From contig CAWIIV010000015.1 of the NCBI GenBank assembly GCA_963836205.1, forward strand, positions 32,001 to 96,000: a stretch of DNA of 64,000 nt, given 5' to 3'. The notes beneath the pieces are model-generated. The model ran no database searches and was not told the DNA's origin. It worked only from the letters and a program-made list of their open reading frames with translations. Positions 19,406-28,051 of the stretch are shown here, piece after piece; the first letter of the stretch is position 1; each line of letters opens with the position of its first letter. The stretch is from an uncultured Acidimicrobiia bacterium. GTDB taxonomy: Bacteria > Actinomycetota > Acidimicrobiia > Acidimicrobiales > AC-14. The translations under genes and the position numbers were made by a program.

Positions 19406-20653
19406 TCAGCGGGGGCGGCCGATCCAGGTGCAGAGGTAGTCCATGTGGACGAGGCGGGTCTCCGTCACGAGGGTCGGCCGCTGGGGGAACCCGTTCTCGG
19501 GTGCCTCCCGTGCCGGGCAGTAGGGGTCGGGGGCGCGGAAGCTGCGCTCGCCGGTGCCGTGGAGGTGGTACAGGTACGAGCGCCCGGCGCAGCCGCCGCC
19601 GCACTGGTCGAGCCGGGGGCAGCCGGCACAGCCCTCGACATGGTCGGGGTTGGCGTTGCGCTGGCGGAAGACCCGGAACTGAGGGCTGTGGATGATGTCG
19701 ATCAGGTCGTGTTCGAGCAGGTCGAGCGGCGCCTTGTAATCGTGCAGGTAGACGCACGGGCTCACGTGGATCCGGCCTTCGGGGGTGATCGAGTGGATGC
19801 GGAACGACGTGCGCCCGCACGGGCAGCGCTTGGCGTCCTGGTAGTCGGTGACCGACGCTATTGGGGGCTCGCCCAGGTCGATCGGCTGGCACAGCTCCAT
19901 CAGTCGTGAGAACCCGGCGTAGTACATGTCCGGGGGCAGGGCCACCTCCATGTGCTGGGGCTGCACCGGCTTCACCGGGTTGATGCGCACGTTGGCGTCG
20001 TAGCGCTTGGCCAGGGCGACCAGGGCCTCGATGTCGGCGATGGTGAAGTTCCACCGCATCCCGCACATGATGACGCTGTGGGGGGTGTCGTGGCGCTGGC
20101 AGATCTCGAGTGCCTCCAGGGCCTGGTGGTAGATCCGGGCGCCCCGGTTGCGGTTGTGGGCGTCCTCGTCGGGTGAGTCGAGGGAGACGTCGACGTCGTT
20201 GAGCCGGTCGAAGGCGGGACGGTGGTCGCGGTAGAGGCGCAGGATCGTGATCCCGCTGGTGGTGAGCCCGACGATGATCCCCGAGTCGGTCAGCCGCTCG
20301 ATGATGTAGGGCAGGAGGGTGGCCTTGGGGTTGGCCCCGTTGGTGAACAGCGGCTCGTTGCCACCGAGGTTCACCGTCTCCACCCCGTTGACCCGGAGTT
20401 GGTCGACGACCCGGTCGATCATGGCCACCGTCATGTCGGCCCCCTTCTGGCGGGCGTTCATGCTGTAGCAATGGGTGCAGCGGTAGGGGCAGTCGTTGCC
20501 CAGGGTCCACCCGATGTTGCGGATGGTGGGCGGCGCCTCGGGCAGGTCACCGAACTCGTGGGTGGGGCCGGTGTTCAGCCCGTAGTGGTCGAAGGCGTCG
20601 TAGCCGTTGGACACGTGGATGAGGGCTCGCCCGAGCAGGGGGTTGGCGGTCAT
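19406..20653 (-). CDS. Radical SAM protein with SPASM domain
   Basis: CPYRCTHC, GGNEP, CPCG..SPC, CAGCPRLDQCGGGC..DPYC. Confidence 0.9.
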   Translation of the reverse strand: MTANPLLGRALIHVSNGYDAFDHYGLNTGPTHEFGDLPEAPPTIRNIGWTLGNDCPYRCTHCYSMNARQKGADMTVAMIDRVVDQLRVNGVETVNLGGNEPLFTNGANPKATLLPYIIERLTDSGIIVGLTTSGITILRLYRDHRPAFDRLNDVDVSLDSPDEDAHNRNRGARIYHQALEALEICQRHDTPHSVIMCGMRWNFTIADIEALVALAKRYDANVRINPVKPVQPQHMEVALPPDMYYAGFSRLMELCQPIDLGEPPIASVTDYQDAKRCPCGRTSFRIHSITPEGRIHVSPCVYLHDYKAPLDLLEHDLIDIIHSPQFRVFRQRNANPDHVEGCAGCPRLDQCGGGCAGRSYLYHLHGTGERSFRAPDPYCPAREAPENGFPQRPTLVTETRLVHMDYLCTWIGRPR

Positions 20654-21729
20654 GGCGCCGGCGTCCGCGTCGGTGTCGGCGTCGGCCCGCAGGCGGCGGC
20701 GAAGGCGGGGAGCCCGTCCCGTTCGAGGTCGAGGCCGGCCATCTCGGCCAGGTCGCGCAGGTCGCGCAGCAGCCGCATCTTGGCCCGCCGGTTCTGGTCC
20801 TCGTGGGCGGCCACGGCCCGGGCCAGGAGGACGTGGGACACGAGGGTGGCCACCCCGTCGCGCTCGCCCTCCCCCGCCGTCGCCAGCCGTTCGGCGAACA
20901 GCCGGCGGGCGTGGGCCTTGCGGGCTCGGTCGCCGGCCAGGGCGTCGTCCAGGCGGCGCTTCTCGGTGGTCAGAGCGACCGCGCCCCCTTCGGCCAGGGC
21001 GGCCAGCCGGGCGTCGATCGCCTCTCGGGTCTCGTGGTCGCGGAAGTCCACGTCCTCCCCCATCAGGTAGCCGAACGCCTGCCGGTGCTGGGCGAGGCGT
21101 CGCTGGTACTGGGCCGCCGGACCCTTCCCCCGCAGCCGGGCCAGGGCCAGATCGCGGGCGCTGACCACCGACCACAGTGTCGGCTCCTCCGGCGCCAAGA
21201 GAGCCTCGACGAGCGCAGGGTCGTCGATCCATGCCGCGAGGCGGGCGGGCAGCGTCTCCGGGAGGCAGAACTTGAGCGCGCCCAGGGCCTGGTCGTGGGC
21301 CGCCGCCCCCACGTAGGCGAGGAAGCCGGTGCCGGTCGGGCGGGCGCCCCGGGCCAGCCTCCCGGCGAAGCCGCCAGCGACGCGGTCGAGCGCCGCCCGG
21401 GCCCGCGCCAGCCTGCGCAGGAAGACGACCGCCCCTTCCGGACCGGCGTCGAGCCGAGCCCGGACCGCGGCGTTGGCCGCCATCAGCCCGTCGGCGTCGA
21501 CCTCGAGGGCGGACCCGTCCGCGGTCAGGTTGGCGGCCACCAGGTCCGTTCCCACGCCGAACGCCTGCGCCGTCACCCGCAGGCGGGCCTGGAGCATCTG
21601 GCGGGTGACCGTGCTCCGGAAGGTCGACAGGTCGAAGCGCAGGACCTCGCCGTCCACCGGCATCGGTCGGAGGTAGGCGTCGAGGCCGTCATCCGAGCGG
21701 ACCGCCACCACCACCTGGGCCGCGGTCAA
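20650..21729 (-). CDS. Helical protein resembling the central substrate-binding domain of PEP-utilising phosphotransferases
   Basis: TTGA/ATGA-coupled to both neighbours; FGYLMGEDVDFRDHE resembles that domain's motif; function inferred. Confidence 0.6.
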   Translation of the reverse strand: MTAAQVVVAVRSDDGLDAYLRPMPVDGEVLRFDLSTFRSTVTRQMLQARLRVTAQAFGVGTDLVAANLTADGSALEVDADGLMAANAAVRARLDAGPEGAVVFLRRLARARAALDRVAGGFAGRLARGARPTGTGFLAYVGAAAHDQALGALKFCLPETLPARLAAWIDDPALVEALLAPEEPTLWSVVSARDLALARLRGKGPAAQYQRRLAQHRQAFGYLMGEDVDFRDHETREAIDARLAALAEGGAVALTTEKRRLDDALAGDRARKAHARRLFAERLATAGEGERDGVATLVSHVLLARAVAAHEDQNRRAKMRLLRDLRDLAEMAGLDLERDGLPAFAAACGPTPTPTRTPAP

Positions 21730-22685
21730 CCGGACACCGCCGTCGACGCCTGGGCCCGCAGCAGCGAGACGCAGGAGGACGGGGGGAGGTCGCCGATCTC
21801 CCGGGCGTACATGTCCATCGCCGCGCCGACGTCCATGCCCGCCGCCCGGTCGCGCCAGACGACGTTGTCGGTGAGGGTGCACGGCAGCAGCCGGCCGAGG
21901 GCGTCGATGTAGAGGACCGACCGGCCCGCCCCGCACTCTTCGCCGCCGCAACCGCGGAACTGGGTGGTGCGGATCACCATCCGCCCGCCGTACTCCTCCC
22001 GCTTCGCCGCCACCCGCTCGAAGAGCAGGTCGGCCTGCGACGGGCCGATCCGGTAGTCGCGGCAGTCGTCGCGGAAGCGGGCGGGCGACGTGGGGTCCTT
22101 GAACACGTTGATGACGCTGATCCCGGGGATGCCCCGGGCCGCCACCCAGTCGACGATCTCCTCGACCTCGTCGTAGTTCTCGGAGCTGACCGCGGTGATG
22201 ACGTTGACCTGCTCCGGCGGCAGCCGATCGAGGGTGGCGCACAGCTTGGCCCAGGCGCCGGGGCGGCGGAAGATGGCGTCCGCCTTCTCCGGGCGGACGG
22301 AGAGGATGCTGAGCGAGACCTCGATGGTCGGGTCGGCCTCGATCATCCCGAACACGGCCTCGTTGGCGATGGTGCCGTTGGTGAGCAGCTTCACCAGCAC
22401 CCCGCCGTCAACCAGCCGGCGCATGACCTGGTCGACCCCCCGGAACAGCAAAGGCTCGCCCCCCGAGAGCATCACCTTGGCCACGCCCCGCTCCACCAGG
22501 GCGTCGGCGATGGCGAGGGCCTGGTCGAGGGAGATGTGCGACCGCTTCATCTCCACCAGGCAGAAGTCGCACTTGAGGTTGCAGGCGCTGGTGATCTCCC
22601 ACAGGACCCGCACGCCCGAGCTGGTGATCGACCGGAAGCAGCAGATCTGATCCTCCGCCTGCAAGACCGACCGGACCTTGGACAT
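21726..22685 (-). CDS. Radical SAM protein (Twitch-like C-terminus), paralog A
   Basis: CNLKCDFC, LSGGEP, LLTNGT, CGAG..IDALG..PC. Confidence 0.9.
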   Translation of the reverse strand: MSKVRSVLQAEDQICCFRSITSSGVRVLWEITSACNLKCDFCLVEMKRSHISLDQALAIADALVERGVAKVMLSGGEPLLFRGVDQVMRRLVDGGVLVKLLTNGTIANEAVFGMIEADPTIEVSLSILSVRPEKADAIFRRPGAWAKLCATLDRLPPEQVNVITAVSSENYDEVEEIVDWVAARGIPGISVINVFKDPTSPARFRDDCRDYRIGPSQADLLFERVAAKREEYGGRMVIRTTQFRGCGGEECGAGRSVLYIDALGRLLPCTLTDNVVWRDRAAGMDVGAAMDMYAREIGDLPPSSCVSLLRAQASTAVSG

Positions 22686-22764
22686 CGGCTGCCCCCTTCT
22701 CGCCTGTCCGCCCGGGGTTTCAAGGCCAGGTTACCGTCGCGACAACCGATCCGAAAGGGCGCCC

Positions 22765-24045
22765 ATGGCCGTAACCCTGGCCCTCTTCGGCGGGCCGCCG
22801 GCCGTCACCGAGCCCACCGACTTCGTGTGGCCGCCGATCACCGCCGCCGACGTGCGGGCGGTGACGAGCCTCCTCGAGCGGGGCGAGATCTCCTACTACG
22901 GCCGGGAGGGCGAGGTGGAGGCGCTGGAGAACGCGTTCGGCGCCTACGTGGGCGTGCCGTTCACGTTGGCGTGCAGCTCCGGCACCGCCGCCCTCCACTC
23001 CGCCTACTTCGGCCTCGGCCTGGGCGCGGGCGACGAGGTGATCGCACCCACGTTCACCTTCCTGTCGACGGTGATGCCGCTGTTCGTCGTCAACGCCACG
23101 CCGGTGCTGGTCGACTGCGAGCCGGACACGGGCAACATCGACCCCGCCGCCATCGAAGCCGCCATCACCCCGCGAACCCGGGCGGTGGTCGTCGTCCACG
23201 TCAACGGCCATCCGTGCGCCATGGCCCCGATCGTCGACCTCTGCCGCCGGCGGGGGCTGCGGCTGGTGGAGGACGCCAGCCACGCCCACGGGGCGACCCA
23301 CGACGGCGCCATGGTCGGTGCCTTCGGCGACGTGTCGGTGTTCAGCCTCCAGGGAGCCAAGCTGACCGCCGCCGGGCAGGGCGGGCTCATGCTCACCGCC
23401 GACCGCGAGATCTTCGAGCGGGCGGTCCTGCTCGGCCACTTCCGGAACCGGGCCTTCGACGACGTGACCAGCGACGCCTACCGCCCGTTCGCCACCACCG
23501 GCTACGGCCTGAACTACCGGATGCACCCCCTGGCCGCGGCCCTCGCCCGGCGCCAGTTCGAGGACCTCGACGCCTACATCGACGGCCGCAACGCCAACCT
23601 CGGCGTGCTCTCGGCCGGGCTGGCCGACATTCCCGGCGTCGAGCCCCCGGCCCGCCGGGCCTATGCCACCCGCCACCCCTATTTCAACTACAAGCCGCTC
23701 TACGACGGGGAGGCGATGGACGGGTTGGACCGGGGGCTGTACCTGCGGGCGTTGCAGGCGGAGGGCGCCCCGGTGGCGGACTCGACCTCCCTGCCGCTGC
23801 ATCGGGAGCACCTGTTCCAGGTGGCCGACGACGGCAGCCGCACCTACGGCCGCGACCCCCACCGGCGGGTCTACGCCGACGGTGACCTCCCCCGGGCCGA
23901 GTCCTACGCCACCCGGGCCCTCCGCATCCCGACCTACACCGACCCCCGGCCCCGCCTGATGGAGCAGATCCTCGACGCCTTCGACAAGGTCGGGCGGGCT
24001 CGGGGCGCCCTCCTCGACCACGCCCGCCGGGCAGCCGCCGGCTGA
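22765..24045 (+). CDS. DegT/DnrJ/EryC1/StrS PLP aminotransferase
   Basis: SSGTAALH, EDASHAHG, FSLQGAK..GQGG, GLNYRM; GAAAGG RBS. Confidence 0.92.
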   Translation: MAVTLALFGGPPAVTEPTDFVWPPITAADVRAVTSLLERGEISYYGREGEVEALENAFGAYVGVPFTLACSSGTAALHSAYFGLGLGAGDEVIAPTFTFLSTVMPLFVVNATPVLVDCEPDTGNIDPAAIEAAITPRTRAVVVVHVNGHPCAMAPIVDLCRRRGLRLVEDASHAHGATHDGAMVGAFGDVSVFSLQGAKLTAAGQGGLMLTADREIFERAVLLGHFRNRAFDDVTSDAYRPFATTGYGLNYRMHPLAAALARRQFEDLDAYIDGRNANLGVLSAGLADIPGVEPPARRAYATRHPYFNYKPLYDGEAMDGLDRGLYLRALQAEGAPVADSTSLPLHREHLFQVADDGSRTYGRDPHRRVYADGDLPRAESYATRALRIPTYTDPRPRLMEQILDAFDKVGRARGALLDHARRAAAG

Positions 24046-24063
24046 GGCGCGGCCGCGCCTCGC

Positions 24064-25020
24064 TCAGGTGGGCGCCGCCACCAGGGTCTCGGTGGCCAGG
24101 CGGGCGGAGCACGACGACGGGGGCGTCTCCGGCAGGTTGGCCCGGTACCAGGCGACGGCCTCCCCCACAGTCATTCCCTGCACCGCCTCCCGCCAGATGC
24201 GGTTGTCGGTGACGGTGCAGGGCGACACGGCCCCCATGGCGTCGACGTAGAACACCGTCCGCCCGGCCATGCAGCGCTCGTTGGGCTGGAGGACGAACTG
24301 CGTCGTCCGGATGACGAGACGGCCGCGGTACTGATCCCGCTTGCGGGCGACCAGGTCGAAGAGCTGCGCCCGCTGCCCGTCGTCGATGCGCAGGTCGCGG
24401 CAGTCGTCGCGGAACCGGGCCGGGCTGGCGGGGTCCTTGAAGATGTCGGTGAGGCTGAGACAGGGCACGCCCGCGGCCGCCACCCAGTCGACGACGTCCT
24501 CTACCGCGTCGAAGTTGAGTCGGCTGACGGCGCAGATCACGTTGAGGCGGGCCTTGGGCAGGGCGTCGATGGTGGCCGCGATCTTGGCCAGGGTGTCGGG
24601 GCGGCCGAAGATGCGGTCGGCCTCGACCGGGTCCACCGTGGGCAGGCTCAACGACACCTCGATCGAGTCGGAGGCCCGGATGAGGTCGAAGACGCCGGGG
24701 TGGTGGACGGTGCCGTTGGTGAGGAGCTTGACCAGGACGTCGGAGCTGCTCAGGCGGCGGATGATCGCCTCCGCCCCCGGATGGAGCAGGGGCTCGCCTC
24801 CCGAGAGCAGGACCTTGTCGACCCGGGCCGCCACCAGCTGGTCGGCGATGGCCAGGGCCGGCTCCACCGCCAGGTGGCGGCCCTTGATCTCCACCAGGCA
24901 GAAGTCGCACTTGAGGTTGCAGGCGCTGGTCAGCTCCCACAGCACCCGGGTGCCCTGGCTCTCGACCGAGCGGTAGATGCAGAACTGGTCCTCGTCCCGG
25001 ACGACCGAGTGGGTGGTCAT
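24064..25020 (-). CDS. Radical SAM protein (Twitch-like C-terminus), paralog B
   Basis: CNLKCDFC, LSGGEP, LLTNGT, CMAG..VDAMG..PC; ATGA-coupled to HD gene. Confidence 0.9.
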   Translation of the reverse strand: MTTHSVVRDEDQFCIYRSVESQGTRVLWELTSACNLKCDFCLVEIKGRHLAVEPALAIADQLVAARVDKVLLSGGEPLLHPGAEAIIRRLSSSDVLVKLLTNGTVHHPGVFDLIRASDSIEVSLSLPTVDPVEADRIFGRPDTLAKIAATIDALPKARLNVICAVSRLNFDAVEDVVDWVAAAGVPCLSLTDIFKDPASPARFRDDCRDLRIDDGQRAQLFDLVARKRDQYRGRLVIRTTQFVLQPNERCMAGRTVFYVDAMGAVSPCTVTDNRIWREAVQGMTVGEAVAWYRANLPETPPSSCSARLATETLVAAPT

Positions 25021-26459
25021 CCGAACACCGCCTCGGCCGCGGCGGTGGCGGCGGTGGCCTGGCCCTGCCACCGGGGCGCCAGGTAGACCCGCAGCGACCA
25101 CAGCCGCTGGTAGCGGCGGGACGCCTCGTCGGCGTCGGTGGCGAAGCCGTGGGCCGACGCCTCGGCGAGGGTGAACACGGCCCCGCCCCGTCCGACGAGG
25201 CGGGCGTTGGCCGGCTTGGCCTGCATCGCCGCGGGCGAGACGGCCACGATCACGTCGCCCTCGGCGGCCCACGGCAGGCGGGCCCGCAGGGCGGCCTCGG
25301 CATCGGTGCGCCAGTCGGGATCGAGGGCGAGGGCGCGGGCGGGGTCGGCGTCGACCCGGCTGCGGAAGCCTTCCAGGTCGTCGGTGCGCCACACCTCCCG
25401 GTACTGCCGCCCGGCCCGAAGGGCCTCGCCGACCGACTCCCGGCCACGGTCGCGGGCGGCGCCGGCCTCGGCTCCCGCCAGCCGGTCGAGCAGCTCGTCG
25501 TCGCCGAGCTCACGGAGGTGGTCCTCGGGCAGGAGGTCGCGGCAGGCGTCGGGTCCGAGGCGGCGCAGGACGAGGTCGAGCATGGCGTCCGCCGCCAGCT
25601 TCACCGGGTGGAACACCGAGGCCGCGAACACCTCGAAGCGGGCCCGGTAGAGATCGTCCGCCATGGCCACCCGCTCCACCGCGGTGGCGGGGTCGGAGGC
25701 GTCGAGGGCGAGGCCCCATCCCCGGTCGGTGTCGACCAGGCGCAGCGCCGCCGGCAGGCTCCCGGGGAACGCCTGGGGGCGGTTGACGGCGAAGGAGTCC
25801 CGCAGGGCGAAGTCGACCAGGTCGGTGCCCAGGCCGGAGTTCACGATCTCGGCCGCCAGCCGGTTTCCGGGGTCGACGGCGGCGTCGAGGTGACGGTCGA
25901 AGGCGGCGAGCCACGCCCGCCGCTCGGCGTCGGTGGTCTCGTGGAAGGCGTGGCGGCGGGCGTGACGCTTGACGGCGGCGATGCACGCCGCCAGACGGGG
26001 CCGGCCGGCCGGTTCCCCGAACAGGCCCGACTGGTAGCGGAGGGTGTGGCCGAGGGGGAGCAACTCGATGTCGTGGACCAGGGCGAACAGGCGCACGACC
26101 AGGTCGAGCGACAAGCCTTGGGCCTGGGCCGCGCCCTCGGCCGCGGCCAGGCCGGCCTGGGTCGTGGGGTCGTCCGCCCGCCGCAACGCCTCCAGGTAGG
26201 TGGCGCTCCAGTAGGCCACGCCCAGGCTGTGGGACGCCCGGGTGTTCTCGGCGTTGGGCCAGGCATGGAAGGCGAGGCCCATCTGTCGCAGCCGGCGCAG
26301 GCGTTGGAACGGCGGCGACGCGATCACCGCCTCCTCGGCCCGGGTCACGAGGTGGGCGCACCCGGGCCACACGTCGAGCGTCCGCACCGGCTGGGCCAGG
26401 GCTCGCGCGACGGATCGGGCCACGTCCAGGTCGACCGGGGTCAGGTCGGTGGCGGTCAT
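25017..26459 (-). CDS. HD-domain phosphohydrolase (SAMHD1/dNTP triphosphohydrolase-like)
   Basis: FQRLRRLRQMG..TRASHSLG..LVHDI..GH..D.VDF.LRDS..FH. Confidence 0.85.
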   Translation of the reverse strand: MTATDLTPVDLDVARSVARALAQPVRTLDVWPGCAHLVTRAEEAVIASPPFQRLRRLRQMGLAFHAWPNAENTRASHSLGVAYWSATYLEALRRADDPTTQAGLAAAEGAAQAQGLSLDLVVRLFALVHDIELLPLGHTLRYQSGLFGEPAGRPRLAACIAAVKRHARRHAFHETTDAERRAWLAAFDRHLDAAVDPGNRLAAEIVNSGLGTDLVDFALRDSFAVNRPQAFPGSLPAALRLVDTDRGWGLALDASDPATAVERVAMADDLYRARFEVFAASVFHPVKLAADAMLDLVLRRLGPDACRDLLPEDHLRELGDDELLDRLAGAEAGAARDRGRESVGEALRAGRQYREVWRTDDLEGFRSRVDADPARALALDPDWRTDAEAALRARLPWAAEGDVIVAVSPAAMQAKPANARLVGRGGAVFTLAEASAHGFATDADEASRRYQRLWSLRVYLAPRWQGQATAATAAAEAVFG

Positions 26460-27559
26460 GCCCGGAGCGCGGGGTCGCAGGCGACGGCCCGAGCCGCCAG
26501 CCCGTCCCGGCGGGCATCGGCCGCGGCCAGGGCGGCTGCCAACGGCTCCTCCTCCGTCACGCCGTCGAACAGGGCCAGGTAGCGCCGGGCCAGGTCGTCG
26601 CCGTCCTGGGTGGTGAAGGTCTCGATGACCCCGCCACCGGCGGCGGGCGGACCGAGCAGTCCGGCGGTCAGGCGAGCGGCGAACTTGGCCACGTACTGGG
26701 CCTCGACGAACCGACCCGACGCCTCCAGGTCGTCGGCGTCGTCGAGGCACCGGGACACGTAGCCGGCCTGGGCGTAGGTGGGGGTGTGGCCGAGGTCGAG
26801 GATCTCCTGGTGGGACGGGAGCCCCAAGCGGGCGTAGGCCCGCTCGACGAGGTCGCGAACGCCCGCCACCGCGTCCTGAGCCGAGGCGGCATCGTCGGAC
26901 CGCAGCCCGTAGGCGGCGAGGACGGCGTCGACCAGCCCCACCTCGCCCGCGTGAAGCAGGTCGGCCAGCGCCCACTTCGCCTTCTGGTAGCGGCGGGGAC
27001 GTTCGAGGAGGGCCAGGAGGGCGAGGTTGTCGAGGCACCCCCGCAGGGCGTCCATCCGCGTCGCCCGGTCGCCGGGGCCCCGGCCCAGGTCGACCAGCAG
27101 CAGGTAGACGTCGCGCAGGGTGGCCTCGAAGCGGTCCGCCCACGGGTGCATCGCCGCCGCCCGCCGGGCCAGGTGGGGGGCGAACCCGTCGTGGTCGAGC
27201 ACGGGAACGCCGCCGCCCAGGCGGGCCGCCTGCCGCAACTCCCAGATCCAGCCGCCCCCCGTGGTGGTGGCCAGGGCCGCGGCCCGGTCGACCCGCTCGA
27301 TCTCGACCCGCACGCCGTCGACCACCCGGGACTCGAAGGCGTCCCGTCCGCTGCCACCGTCGGTGACGATCACCAGGTCGAGGTCGGCCCGCACCGAGCA
27401 CCGGCGCAGAGCGGTGGACCCGACCACCAGGGCGGCGACCACCGCCTCATCCCGGTCCAACTCCGCAGCCACCTGCGCCGCCAGTGCCAAACGGGCCTGC
27501 ACCACCGCCGCCGGGGTCTCGTGGGCCGCCACCCGGCCGGCCAGCGCAGCCGCGGTCAC
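26456..27559 (-). CDS. Pol-beta-type nucleotidyltransferase with helical C-terminus
   Basis: VVGS..ADLDLVIV..VEIE motif; ATGA-coupled to HD gene. Confidence 0.75.
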   Translation of the reverse strand: MTAAALAGRVAAHETPAAVVQARLALAAQVAAELDRDEAVVAALVVGSTALRRCSVRADLDLVIVTDGGSGRDAFESRVVDGVRVEIERVDRAAALATTTGGGWIWELRQAARLGGGVPVLDHDGFAPHLARRAAAMHPWADRFEATLRDVYLLLVDLGRGPGDRATRMDALRGCLDNLALLALLERPRRYQKAKWALADLLHAGEVGLVDAVLAAYGLRSDDAASAQDAVAGVRDLVERAYARLGLPSHQEILDLGHTPTYAQAGYVSRCLDDADDLEASGRFVEAQYVAKFAARLTAGLLGPPAAGGGVIETFTTQDGDDLARRYLALFDGVTEEEPLAAALAAADARRDGLAARAVACDPALRA

Positions 27560-27608
27560 TCCAGGCGGGCTCGCGACCGCCTCGCCCTGTGCCAGCGGGG
27601 CCGTGGTG

Positions 27609-27989
27609 CTAGCCGCCTGGTGCGACGATGTCCTTGCCCGCCGGCCCGGCCTTGATGGCGGCGGACGCCCCCGGAGTCACGTGCAAGGCCTTGCTGAGCT
27701 GTTTGATCACCTTGGCCTCGACCTTGGTCCGCGGCCGGGAGACCTCCTTGCGGGCCATCGTGGACAGCTGGTCCATCGACAGCTTCTCGGCCCGGGGCCG
27801 CAGCGTGGCCACGATCTCGTAGCCCTGGGCCAACTCCACCGCGTCGGCCGGCAGGGCCCCCGGGTCGGGGTTGCCCTGCTTGGCCAGGGCGGACTTGAAG
27901 CCCGCTTCGGCCACCAGGAGCTCGTTGGCGGACAGCCCGAGCTTCATGGTGCGGTTCATGACTTCCAGCGCGTGGAAAACCTCGCCCAT
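27609..27989 (-). CDS. Hypothetical protein (126 aa) leading the NTase-HD-rSAM operon
   Basis: GGGAGG RBS; GC3-rich codons; no motif. Confidence 0.7.
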   Translation of the reverse strand: MGEVFHALEVMNRTMKLGLSANELLVAEAGFKSALAKQGNPDPGALPADAVELAQGYEIVATLRPRAEKLSMDQLSTMARKEVSRPRTKVEAKVIKQLSKALHVTPGASAAIKAGPAGKDIVAPGG

Positions 27990-28051
27990 CGGATCCTCCC
28001 GACCTCGGCGCAAACCGGCCCCGCCAGCATAGCTCCGAGGGACCCTCGCGG

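Noticed and set aside
17568-20653. RiPP cluster (SPASM maturase plus precursor)
   Set aside because: No RRE/PqqD, peptidase, transporter or convincing precursor peptide was seen
21726-25020. Calling the rSAM paralogs viperins or MoaA
   Set aside because: They lack the viperin NxHxxxxCNxxCxFCF and MoaA C-terminal motifs; only generic rSAM features are present
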